Positions 10,139-19,460 of a stretch of 64,000 bases of DNA are shown piece after piece; the stretch's first letter is position 1, and each line of letters starts with the position of its first letter. The translations under genes were made by a program, and so were the position numbers. Under the pieces are notes generated by a model that ran no database searches, was not told the origin of the DNA, and worked only from the letters and a program-made list of their open reading frames with translations. The DNA comes from Thermodesulfobacteriota bacterium (lineage in GTDB: Bacteria; Desulfobacterota_D; UBA1144; Nemesobacterales; JAJCZQ01): assembly GCA_965215275.1 (NCBI GenBank), contig OZ244044.1, positions 1,696,001 through 1,760,000 on the forward strand, read 5' to 3'.

Positions 10139-10969
10139 TCAATTTTTTAAAGAACCTAGAAATTCAATTAAAAAGTCTAAGAACTCAATTAAGTCGTTAG
10201 TTGCACTTGTAATTACATAAAATAAAATAATAATTACATAAATTCCCGGAATACCAACAGCTTTTCCTGCTGTAGCAAGCCCAAAATTACCAACAAGACT
10301 ACCAATTCCAAAAACATGAATTAAAACTCCAGCAGTAGAAACAGCAGCAGGCAATAGTAAGGCAACTTGCAATTTTTGCTTAAAAGTTAATTGATCCCAA
10401 ATTTTTGGAATCTCATCTTTTATAGATTTAATTGCAGACTCTATAATTTTTAAACTAGAAAGAGTCTTTCCCAGTTCTTTAAACCATTTTCCTTTTTCAG
10501 ATAAGCTTGCGTTATCCTCGGGAACAGTTTCTCTATGTTTTTTTAAGTCTCTTAAGATGTCTTCAAGATTATCAGCATCAGCAAACTTATCCTTCGATCT
10601 TATAATCGCATCCTTTAAGATGTTAAGAAGCAAACTTTTGTCTGTATTATTCTTGTCTTCATTAGCTCTTTGGTTTTTTTCAGGCTTTCTGAACAGTTCA
10701 GAAAAATCGCTATAATAAATAATTCGTTGACCTGCCGGTATCTCAATAGTTGTTCCTGCCTTTCCCTCTCTGTCGACTAAAACACTTAATCTTACTTCCT
10801 TAATCTCACTTGGTAAATCTGGCTTTTTTTTCAGGCGATCTTCAAGGTTTTTAATATTCTTGCTGATCCTATCAAGTACTTCTGACCACTCAGGTGTTCC
10901 CTGTGGGCACGAGTTGACAGTATCAATTCGGTAATTGATTAGGTCAATTAGGTCAACGATGTCATTCAT
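10139..10969 (-). CDS. Hypothetical membrane protein, tandem paralog C
   Basis: Highly similar to 10966-11751; C-terminal Gly-rich hydrophobic segments. Confidence 0.8.
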   Translation of the reverse strand: MNDIVDLIDLINYRIDTVNSCPQGTPEWSEVLDRISKNIKNLEDRLKKKPDLPSEIKEVRLSVLVDREGKAGTTIEIPAGQRIIYYSDFSELFRKPEKNQRANEDKNNTDKSLLLNILKDAIIRSKDKFADADNLEDILRDLKKHRETVPEDNASLSEKGKWFKELGKTLSSLKIIESAIKSIKDEIPKIWDQLTFKQKLQVALLLPAAVSTAGVLIHVFGIGSLVGNFGLATAGKAVGIPGIYVIIILFYVITSATNDLIEFLDFLIEFLGSLKN

Positions 10970-11751
10970 TTCTTTTCTCTAAAGAATGCAATTAAAAAGT
11001 CTAAGAATTCAATTAATCCGCCAGTTACAAATAATAAGATAAGAATTACAAGAATAGCCGGAACACCAACAGCTGTTCCTAATCCAGCAACCCCAATATT
11101 ACCAATCAAAATACCAACTCCAACAACAGGCCCTAGTAAGGCAACTTGGATTTTTTGCTTAAAAGTTAAGTGCTTCCAAATTTTTGGAATCTCATCCTTT
11201 ATAGATTGAATTGCAGGTTCTATAATTTTTAAACTATACAGAGTCTTTGCCAACTCTTTAAACCATTGTACTTTTTCAGATAAACTTGCGTTATCCTCAG
11301 GAACAGTTTTTCTATGTTCTTCTAAGTTGCTTAAGATTTCTTCAGAATTGCCAGCATCAGCAAATTTATCCTTCAATCTTATAACTGCATCCTTTAAGAT
11401 ACTAAGGAGCGAACTTTTGTCTGTATTCTTCTTGTTATCATTAGTTCTTTGGCTTTCTTCAGGTTTTCTGAGCAGTTCAGAAAAATCACTATAAGAAATA
11501 ATTCGTTGACCTGCCGGTATCTCAATGGTTGTTTGTGCCTTTCCTTCTCTGTCGACTGAAACACCTAATCTTACATCATTAGTCTCACTTGGTAAATCTG
11601 GATTTTTTTTCAGATGACCTTCAAGGTCTTCAATATCCTTCCTGATTCTATCAAGTGCTTCTGACCACTCAGGTGTTCCCTGTGGATGTGATGAGTTAAT
11701 AATATTGATTTGGTCATTGATTTGTTTGATTAGGTCGACTATATCATTCAT
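10966..11751 (-). CDS. Hypothetical membrane protein, tandem paralog B
   Basis: Shares MNDIVDLI, QGTPEWSE, TTIEIPAGQRI, LTFKQK, LIEFLD with its neighbours. Confidence 0.8.
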   Translation of the reverse strand: MNDIVDLIKQINDQINIINSSHPQGTPEWSEALDRIRKDIEDLEGHLKKNPDLPSETNDVRLGVSVDREGKAQTTIEIPAGQRIISYSDFSELLRKPEESQRTNDNKKNTDKSSLLSILKDAVIRLKDKFADAGNSEEILSNLEEHRKTVPEDNASLSEKVQWFKELAKTLYSLKIIEPAIQSIKDEIPKIWKHLTFKQKIQVALLGPVVGVGILIGNIGVAGLGTAVGVPAILVILILLFVTGGLIEFLDFLIAFFREKK

Positions 11752-11766
11752 TTCGTTTCTCCAAGT

Positions 11767-12246
11767 CTATTTTTTGAAAGAACTTGATAATTTAATTAAG
11801 CAGTCTAAGAATTCAATTAATCCTTTAGTTACAAATAATAAAATAAGAATTACAAAAATAACCGGAATACCAACAGCTGTTCCTAATAAAGCAACCCCAA
11901 TATTACCAACAAAAATACCAATTCCAATAACAGGCCCTAGTAAGACAACTTGCAATTTTTGCTTAAAAGTTAATTGATCCCAAGTCTTTGAAATCTCATC
12001 TATTATAGCTTTAATTGCAATTGCGGGCTTTATAATTTTTAAAAAACTTGACAGAATCTTTGCCAGTTTAATAAGCCATTTTACTGTTCGGAATAAGCTT
12101 GCATTATCCTTGGTAAAAGTGTTTCTATGCTTTTTTAAGTCTCTTAAGACATCTTCAAAATCACCATCATTAACACACTTATCCTTCAATCTTCTACACA
12201 TATTCTTTAAGATGTTAAGGAGTGAACTTTTGTCCGTATTTTTCAT
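11767..12246 (-). CDS. Hypothetical membrane protein, tandem paralog A (lacks the N-terminal domain)
   Basis: Begins at the NTDKSSLL block that is internal in the other two copies. Confidence 0.7.
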   Translation of the reverse strand: MKNTDKSSLLNILKNMCRRLKDKCVNDGDFEDVLRDLKKHRNTFTKDNASLFRTVKWLIKLAKILSSFLKIIKPAIAIKAIIDEISKTWDQLTFKQKLQVVLLGPVIGIGIFVGNIGVALLGTAVGIPVIFVILILLFVTKGLIEFLDCLIKLSSSFKK

Positions 12247-12416
12247 CTTGTCATCATTTTAAACATTGCCAAGAAATTTAGTGTAAATGAGTATACTATT
12301 ATTTGAATTATTATAGGCAAATAATAGAAAAGACAGATATTCCGAACAGTGATTATTTACAAGGAACGGAAATCTGCCTTCTATAAAAACTTGTAACTCG
12401 TTAGGTGTCCCAACAA

Positions 12417-13184
12417 CTAATTTGCGACCCAGCCGCCGTCGACCGACAGCATTGACCCGGTCATAAATCCGACGTTCTCACTGTCGCAGAGAAACTTTAC
12501 TGAATGTGCAATTTCGTCTGCTTGTCCATAACGTCCCAAGTGAGCGGTGGCAGGTTGTTGTTGCTTTAAGAACTGGTCCACCTCTGGTGACTCTTTCAGG
12601 AAAGTTTCTACCATAGGGGTCCAGATCGTTCCCGGACAGATGCAGTTTACCCTTATGCCTTTATCTGCGTATTCAAGTGCCATGCTCCTTGTGAACTGAA
12701 CTATTGCTCCTTTTGTGGAATTGTAAGCCGACGCACCGGGGATTGCTTTTAGTCCCAATATTGAAGCGTTGTTTACGATAGTTCCGCCTCCTTGTTTGAT
12801 CATATGGGGGATAACGTACTTTGCCATCATAAAAGAACCTTTTACATTGATATCGAAGGCATAGTCCCAGTCCTCAATAGATGTTTCATGTGTAATACCA
12901 AGAGGCAGAACCCCAGCGTTGTTGAATAGTATGTCAATTTTGCCGTGCATATTTATGGTCTGATCCACCAGATCCTTGCAGTCTTCCTCTTTTGACACGT
13001 CGCTGACAATGTATTCTATCTTTTCAGAATCCTTGTCCGCTTCATTAATGGCTTCTTTTAGTGGTTCCTCGTTTCTTCCACTTATAACGACTTTCGCTCC
13101 CTCTTTGGCAAAAAGATGAGCCGTTGACTTTCCTATGCCAAGGCTTCCACCTGTAATAATTGCTACTTTACCTTTTAAACTCAT
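12417..13184 (-). CDS. Short-chain dehydrogenase/reductase
   Basis: TGGSLGIG, NNAG, YNSTK, VNCICPG; ggagg upstream of MSLKG. Confidence 0.95.
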   Translation of the reverse strand: MSLKGKVAIITGGSLGIGKSTAHLFAKEGAKVVISGRNEEPLKEAINEADKDSEKIEYIVSDVSKEEDCKDLVDQTINMHGKIDILFNNAGVLPLGITHETSIEDWDYAFDINVKGSFMMAKYVIPHMIKQGGGTIVNNASILGLKAIPGASAYNSTKGAIVQFTRSMALEYADKGIRVNCICPGTIWTPMVETFLKESPEVDQFLKQQQPATAHLGRYGQADEIAHSVKFLCDSENVGFMTGSMLSVDGGWVAN

Positions 13185-13440
13185 AACATAAACCTCCTGT
13201 ATAAAATTGATTAAACCTACTGACAATACTTCCTAATTCTTTCATAAACTTCTGATCCACTTAAACACCTGTTTTAGACAGGCATAGGTAACTGAACCTT
13301 TTCTATCATTTAATTAAGAAGGAATAGAGCTAAAATATCATTATTCTTAATATAGTTTCATAGTTACATAATTATATATTTCAAGGTTTATACTTGTCAA
13401 AATCAGTATTCAAGAATGGTTGGTTTCTACAGAACATAGT

Positions 13441-13551
13441 TCTATTACAAAACACATCAATAACATCATAAAGACCAAAGAGTTACAAAAGAGTTCAGTA
13501 TGTGCAAAATCTGCACATACTGCTGAAAGCGGAAAAACATACAAGGAGTAA
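13441..13551 (+). pseudogene. RhuM-like (virulence/Fic-associated DNA-binding protein) gene fragment
   Basis: Hand translation SITKHINNIIKTKELQKSSVCAKSAHTAESGKTYKE* resembles the RhuM N-terminal region. Confidence 0.55.
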
Positions 13552-13785
13552 ATAATAGTGCCAAGACTTGCAACAGAAAAAAAACAGTATAAGGTTTTTT
13601 TGAAATATGCTAAAAAAAAACAAGGTGAAACTTCATTTCACAAGAAGAAAACCTTTCTTATAGAGAAGGAGAAGAAGGTAAATTTTTCTATGAACTATTA
13701 GAAAAAATCTTATAAAACTCAAAGAGTGTATAAATTTTATTCTTAAGGGTAAGAGTTTTATGGATTTTTCAAAAGATCGGGGGAA

Positions 13786-14673
13786 ATGAAAAACAGTTTG
13801 TTTTATAGAAGAAAAGGACTTTTGTTATTATTGGAGGAGTTTGGTCCTCGGATAGGAAGGATTGAATTTCAAAAGTACCTCTTCCTTTGGACAGTTCGTC
13901 AAGAAAAACCTATTTATGATTTTGTTCCATATAAATACGGTTGTTTTTCTTTTCAATCTTATCACGATTTAGGTGTTTTAAAAAATCTTGGATATGTTGA
14001 CGAAAAAAAGAAAAGCTGGATTTTAAAAAAGAAAACTAGTAAAGATAAATTTAAAAAAGAAGACCTAATATCTTTAAAAGATATTAAAAATGAATACAAA
14101 TCTGTAAAAGGAAATCAGTTATTGAAAGCTGTTTATCTAAAATATCCATACTATGCTATAAACAGTGAGTTAGCTAAAGATATATTAACAAGATCTGAAT
14201 TAAAAAGTATCTATGCTGAAAAACCAACAAGAAATCAAGAGGTTCTTTTTACGATCGGATATGAAGGTCGGTCTATTGATTCTTTTATGAATTCTTTAAT
14301 AGAAAATAATGTACATATCCTTTGCGATGTAAGAAAAAACCCACTCAGCCGTAAATATGGTTTTTCTAAAAACCAACTCAAGAATATATGCGAGAAACTT
14401 AAGATTGAATACATAAGTATTCCAAAATTGGGGATTAAATCAGAGCTTAGATACAACTTAAGTTCTGTAAATGACTATAAAAACCTCTTTAAGGACTATA
14501 AAAAAGATGTTATAAGAAGAGAAAAAAACAGTTTAGAACTTATCATCAGTCTTTTAAAGAATAAAAAGCGCGTTGCCATTACTTGTTTTGAAAAAAAACC
14601 AGAAATGTGCCATAGGCATTGCGTAGCTGACGCTGTTTACAAAAAAACAGGTCAAGAGATAAAGAATTTATAG
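13786..14673 (+). CDS. DUF488-domain protein with an N-terminal SocA/DarG-C-like helical domain
   Basis: FTIGYEGR, DVRKNPLSRKYGFSK, CFEKKPEMCHRH; N-terminus FQKYLFL...PYKYG. Confidence 0.85.
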   Translation: MKNSLFYRRKGLLLLLEEFGPRIGRIEFQKYLFLWTVRQEKPIYDFVPYKYGCFSFQSYHDLGVLKNLGYVDEKKKSWILKKKTSKDKFKKEDLISLKDIKNEYKSVKGNQLLKAVYLKYPYYAINSELAKDILTRSELKSIYAEKPTRNQEVLFTIGYEGRSIDSFMNSLIENNVHILCDVRKNPLSRKYGFSKNQLKNICEKLKIEYISIPKLGIKSELRYNLSSVNDYKNLFKDYKKDVIRREKNSLELIISLLKNKKRVAITCFEKKPEMCHRHCVADAVYKKTGQEIKNL

Positions 14674-15501
14674 ATGCAAGAACAAAAAGAAAAAATTTTA
14701 ATTACTGTAAAGACTTATCCTAACCTTTCAAAGAAGTACGATGAGCTTGTATGTACAGCAGGATTAAAAGATGACGGAACTTGGATTAGGCTTTACCCTA
14801 TACCGTTTAGAAGGTTAGATTATGACCAGCAATATAAAAAATATCAATGGATAGAGTTAGATGTCAAGCGAAGAACTGAAGATTTCAGGGTGGAAAGCTA
14901 TTCTCCCGTCGATATACAATCAATGAAAATTATTGGAGAACCTCTTGATACAAGCAATAACTGGAGAAAAAGAAAAGACATTGTTTTTAAGTCAAAAAAG
15001 TATGAGAACTTAGATGAACTCATTTCTAAGGCCAAAAATAAGAAACATCCCATATCTTTAGCCTTATTTAAGCCCAAGGAAATTTTAGATTTTATCATTG
15101 AGCCTGCTGATAAGCAATGGGACGAAAGCACATTAAAGGAAATTAAAACTGAAAGGAATCAGTTAAAGCTTTTTAAAGACGACTTAAACGATCTTGTAGA
15201 ATTAGCTGAGAAACTCCCGTTTAAATTTTCTTACCGATTAAAAGACATAAAGGGAAAAGAAAGCACAATGATGATTGAAGACTGGGAGATTGGGGCTCTT
15301 TATCGGAATTGCATTAAACAATCCTCTGAAAAAGAAGCTAAGGAAAAAGTTAGAGATAAATACATGGAACTTGCCGAAAAAGACATTCATCTTTTTTTAG
15401 GAACCACTTTTAAATACCATTATATAGCACCTAATCCATTTGTTATTGTTGGTGTGTTTTATCCTCCTATAGCTATAGAGAAACAGCACGGTCTTTTGTA
15501 A
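14674..15501 (+). CDS. Conserved hypothetical protein adjoining the DUF488 gene
   Basis: Start codon directly follows upstream stop; KTYP, VCTAG, WIRLYP, IEDWE motifs. Confidence 0.75.
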   Translation: MQEQKEKILITVKTYPNLSKKYDELVCTAGLKDDGTWIRLYPIPFRRLDYDQQYKKYQWIELDVKRRTEDFRVESYSPVDIQSMKIIGEPLDTSNNWRKRKDIVFKSKKYENLDELISKAKNKKHPISLALFKPKEILDFIIEPADKQWDESTLKEIKTERNQLKLFKDDLNDLVELAEKLPFKFSYRLKDIKGKESTMMIEDWEIGALYRNCIKQSSEKEAKEKVRDKYMELAEKDIHLFLGTTFKYHYIAPNPFVIVGVFYPPIAIEKQHGLL

Positions 15502-15623
15502 TTTTTGAACATTAAACGGGTTGAGGTTTTTATATCTTTATTCCCCTCAAAAAACCACATTCATTCAAAGACAAACCCAGACTCTTATGCTTTAAACTAT
15601 TAGACCTGCTCTTTTCTCTGTGT

Positions 15624-15701
15624 TGGTCGGGGTGACTGGATTTGAACCAGCGACCTCTGCGTCCCGAACGCAGCACTCTAGCCAGGCTGAGCTACACCCC
15701 G
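15624..15701 (-). tRNA. tRNA-Pro (anticodon CGG)
   Basis: Cloverleaf with cggggtg/caccccg acceptor stem, ctgcg-TTCGGGA-cgcag anticodon arm, GGTTCAAATCC T-arm, encoded CCA. Confidence 0.97.
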
Positions 15702-15783
15702 ATCAAAAAACTATCTTAACAATTTACTGTTAATTGGCGTGTAAACCAATTTTTTATGGATTTATGTATATAATAATCTTAAA

Positions 15784-16683
15784 ATGCCCAGATTTCGCGA
15801 AACCGGTCATTTACTCACGGAAAAGGTAAATTCCAACACTTTGGATATAGATACCTGTTCACCTTCCGAGATCGTTGAAACTATGATCGCGGAAGACCGT
15901 ATTATTACCGAGGCGGTGTTTTCCCAAAAAGAGAATATCTCCCGAGCGGTGGAGATGATAACGGACAGCCTGAAGAACGAGGGACGGCTTTTTTTCGTTG
16001 GTGCTGGAACAAGTGGACGGCTTGGCGTGCTGGAAGCTGCCGAGTGTCCTCCTACTTTTGGGACCGACCCGGAAATGATACAAGGGATAATTGCAGGGGG
16101 CAGTGAAGCTATGATCAGATCGGTTGAAGGTGCTGAAGATACAGATGAAGATGTTGCTGAAAAGTTGAAAGAAGCGGACCTTAACGAGAGGGACGTTGTC
16201 GTGGGAATTGCCGCCAGTTTGTCAACTCCGTTTGTTATAGGTGCTTTGAGATACGCTGGTAAGATCGGAAGCAGAACGGTACTGATTACCTGCAATCCGG
16301 TAAGCGAGCCGGTATCTGACGTTGGCATTGTTCTTCTTGTGGGACCTGAGGTCATCGTGGGTTCCACAAGGCTGAAATCCGCAACTGCAACAAAAATGGT
16401 GCTGAACATGCTTACAACCGCCTCAATGGTCCTTCTGGGTAAAACTTATGGCAATCTCATGGTAGACGTTCAGCCGTCGTCTTCAAAGCTGAAGGACAGG
16501 GCAGTTCGAATAGTTATGGAGATCTGCAAGGTGGAGCGTTCAGAGGCGATAAAGCTGCTGGAAAATTCAGGATGGAGCGTGAAGTCTGCGGTCCTGATGT
16601 ACAAGATGAAAGTGTCTTTTGAAGAGTCTTTAAGGATGTTGAAGAAAAACGGGGGATTTCTTAAAAAGGCACTTATAAATTGA
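15784..16683 (+). CDS. murQ: N-acetylmuramic acid 6-phosphate etherase
   Basis: GAGTSGRLG, ECPPTFG, EGAED, GPEVIVGSTRLK. Confidence 0.96.
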   Translation: MPRFRETGHLLTEKVNSNTLDIDTCSPSEIVETMIAEDRIITEAVFSQKENISRAVEMITDSLKNEGRLFFVGAGTSGRLGVLEAAECPPTFGTDPEMIQGIIAGGSEAMIRSVEGAEDTDEDVAEKLKEADLNERDVVVGIAASLSTPFVIGALRYAGKIGSRTVLITCNPVSEPVSDVGIVLLVGPEVIVGSTRLKSATATKMVLNMLTTASMVLLGKTYGNLMVDVQPSSSKLKDRAVRIVMEICKVERSEAIKLLENSGWSVKSAVLMYKMKVSFEESLRMLKKNGGFLKKALIN

Positions 16684-16701
16684 AGGAGTGGGGGCTTTTT
16701 C

Positions 16702-17895
16702 ATGAACTGGCTGGATCCCATAATTAACAAAAAAGAAAGGATAGTCGTAGGACTTATGTCCGGAACGTCAATGGATGGGGTTGATGCCGCTCTGGTACGC
16801 GTTAATGGTAATGGTATTGATACCAGAGCTGAACTTATGGATTTTCAGACCTGTCCCTACGAGAGTTTTTTGAGGAATAAGCTGGATAACGTGCTGGACG
16901 CGTCCGTTGCGGAACTGTCCGACCTGAACTTTGCAGTGGGAGAGGTTTTTGCTGATGCGTGTTTTTCCGTAATGGAAAAAGCAGGATTAAAACCCGAGGA
17001 AGCCGATCTGATAGGTACTCATGGACAGACCGTTTTTCATAATCCGCCCTCAAGCGGGTCCAGGATTTCTTCCACGCTTCAGATCGGGGAGCCCGACGTG
17101 ATAGCGGAAAGGACAGGAATAACTACGGTGTCGGATTTCAGACCGAGGGATATATCTGCAAAGGGAGAAGGGTCTCCGCTTGTTCCATACGTTGATTATA
17201 TTCTTTTCAGGCAGCCGGAAAAGGTCAGGATATTGCAGAATATAGGGGGTATAGCGAGCTGCACGGTAGTTACCCCGGATATAAATGACGTGATAGCTTT
17301 TGATTCAGGTCCCGGGAACCTTTTGCTTGACGGAGTTATAAAAATACATTCCGGTGGTGAGAAGAGCTACGACAAAGACGGCGGGCTGGCTAAAACGGGT
17401 ACGGTGAACCATGAACTTCTGCAGAAGCTTATGAGCAATGAATATTTTAAAAGACCTCTTCCTAAAACTGCAGGGAGAGAGGTATTTGGAGGGGATAAGG
17501 CGGAACAGCTGTACGATCTGGTTAAAAGCGGTTACATCAGAGTTCCTGATCTGCTTGCTACCCTTGTTCAGTTCACAGTTGATACCATATACAACGCTTA
17601 TGAGAACTACGTTCCTGCCAAATGGAAAATAGACGAAGTTATTTTAAGTGGTGGTGGAGCGGTCAATCCCGTTATAGCTGAGAAACTCCTCTGTAAGTTA
17701 AGCCCGGTCACGGTTTGTTTATCAGATAAATACGGTATCCCCTTTGATTCAAAGGAGGCATTGTCGTTTGCCGTGCTGGCGAACGAGACCATCTTTGCCA
17801 ATCATTCAAACCTTCCCTGCGTTACCGGGGCGACTTGCAGTTCACCGCTTGGCAAGATATCAATTGGAAAAAACGTTAAAGGTGGAGGATCTTGA
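16702..17895 (+). CDS. anmK: Anhydro-N-acetylmuramic acid kinase
   Basis: GLMSGTSMDGVD, HGQT, NIGGI, FDSGPGN, KEA. Confidence 0.96.
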   Translation: MNWLDPIINKKERIVVGLMSGTSMDGVDAALVRVNGNGIDTRAELMDFQTCPYESFLRNKLDNVLDASVAELSDLNFAVGEVFADACFSVMEKAGLKPEEADLIGTHGQTVFHNPPSSGSRISSTLQIGEPDVIAERTGITTVSDFRPRDISAKGEGSPLVPYVDYILFRQPEKVRILQNIGGIASCTVVTPDINDVIAFDSGPGNLLLDGVIKIHSGGEKSYDKDGGLAKTGTVNHELLQKLMSNEYFKRPLPKTAGREVFGGDKAEQLYDLVKSGYIRVPDLLATLVQFTVDTIYNAYENYVPAKWKIDEVILSGGGAVNPVIAEKLLCKLSPVTVCLSDKYGIPFDSKEALSFAVLANETIFANHSNLPCVTGATCSSPLGKISIGKNVKGGGS

Positions 17896-19418
17896 GTAAT
17901 TCAAGTCAAAGCATGATCGAAGCCGAACAGCTTGCCGGGCAGGTCGTAATGCCCAGGATTGATTTTAACGACAGTGGGAGCATACAAGATTCCATAGAAC
18001 TGGTCGAAAAATATAAAGTAGGGGGATTTATTATATTCAATGGGGAACTGGAGAAGGTCAGGCGTCATACAGACCGGCTTCAGGCATCTTCTGATCGCCT
18101 GCTGCTTTTTGGGTGCGACGCGGAGAGGGGACTGGGTCAGATCGTAAAAGGAGGCACTGTATTTCCGTTCTTAATGGCACAGGGGGCCGCCGGCAGTGAT
18201 GAACTGATCGGTAAACAGGCGGAGATTACCGCGGAAGAGATGAAGTACTGCGGAATGAACCTTATTTTTGCTCCCGTGCTTGACATAAATACAAATCCTG
18301 ACAACCCGATCGTTAATATAAGGTCATTTGGTGATGATCCTGAAACAGTGGCTGAACTGGCCGGAACGTTCATACGTAAGATCAGAGAAAGCAGAGTGCT
18401 TTCCTGTGGCAAGCATTTTCCAGGTCATGGGTCCACTGATCTTGATTCTCACGTTATCCTGCCTGAATTAAACAGAAGTCTGAAAGAACTCAGAGAGCTT
18501 GAGTTTATACCTTTTATAAAGGCAATAGGGTCTGGCGTTGATCTTATAATGGTTGGACACATTGCAACGCCTGAAGTGAAAAACTCTCAAGGTCCCGCAA
18601 TAACTTCCAGGGTTTTAATTCAGGATATCCTGAGAACGAAAATGGGTTTTAAAAAGGTCGTCATATCGGATTCGTTCAGAATGGACCCATTAAAAGACCT
18701 CGGTTCTGAACTTGAAGTCGCCGTCAGGTCTTTGCAGGCGGGATGTAACGTTATTCTTGACCCTGAAAGACCACGCGAATTGACAGAAGGTATAAGGTCG
18801 GAAATTAAAACCAACAAAGCCCTGATGTATGAGGTTAAAAGGTCTTTTAAGTCTGTATTGGAGATAAAAAGGGACTTGGACCATAACGATGTTGAGCGTG
18901 TGAAGAAACCAGACCGGCAGCTTACGGATGAACTTATAAAAGAAATATCTGACAGATCCGTCTGCGTGATAAGGGGTGGTGGGATCAGTTCTGAAAAAGT
19001 GGATATTAACCTGCTGGACGCCACGGGCAGCAAGGAAGTGGAGGTCATAACCCCTTTTACGGACCGTCTGGAAAGAAATGGAATTGAGGTTAACTCGGTT
19101 AACCGTATTTCTGAACGTGGATTTTCGTCCGTTTACAGTTCTTCGTTCAACGTTATAAATCTGATACTTACCTCAGTGGCAGGGTGGTCGAACTATTCTC
19201 GTATAAGTTCGGGTTTTAAGCTGTTTCTGAACGAAATGTCCAGTGCCGGAAGCAGGAACATTGCTGTTTCGTTCGGATCTCCATACGTGATAGAACATCT
19301 GGACAAGTTCGACACCGTTCTTTGCTCTTTCAGTTTCATGCCGGAGTGCCAGGTCGCAACTGCTGAAAGTTTACTGGGAAAGCTCAGTGCCGAAGGGAAA
19401 TTACCAGTGAGTATATGA
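17892..19418 (+). CDS. nagZ: GH3 beta-N-acetylglucosaminidase
   Basis: APVLD, RSFG, KHFPGHG...DSH; operon with murQ and anmK. Confidence 0.88.
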   Translation: MSNSSQSMIEAEQLAGQVVMPRIDFNDSGSIQDSIELVEKYKVGGFIIFNGELEKVRRHTDRLQASSDRLLLFGCDAERGLGQIVKGGTVFPFLMAQGAAGSDELIGKQAEITAEEMKYCGMNLIFAPVLDINTNPDNPIVNIRSFGDDPETVAELAGTFIRKIRESRVLSCGKHFPGHGSTDLDSHVILPELNRSLKELRELEFIPFIKAIGSGVDLIMVGHIATPEVKNSQGPAITSRVLIQDILRTKMGFKKVVISDSFRMDPLKDLGSELEVAVRSLQAGCNVILDPERPRELTEGIRSEIKTNKALMYEVKRSFKSVLEIKRDLDHNDVERVKKPDRQLTDELIKEISDRSVCVIRGGGISSEKVDINLLDATGSKEVEVITPFTDRLERNGIEVNSVNRISERGFSSVYSSSFNVINLILTSVAGWSNYSRISSGFKLFLNEMSSAGSRNIAVSFGSPYVIEHLDKFDTVLCSFSFMPECQVATAESLLGKLSAEGKLPVSI

Positions 19419-19460
19419 TCTACGTAAAGACCCTCTCGGTCTTACGGTCTGCAGGAAAGA

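Noticed and set aside
13250..15700. Integrative element at tRNA-Pro
   Set aside because: No integrase and no duplicated tRNA 3' end found, so only adjacency is reported
15807..16409. Long antisense ORFs (also 40781-41341, 53801-54361, 55486-56127 and many shorter ones)
   Set aside because: They overlap well-supported genes on the opposite strand and have no recognisable motifs
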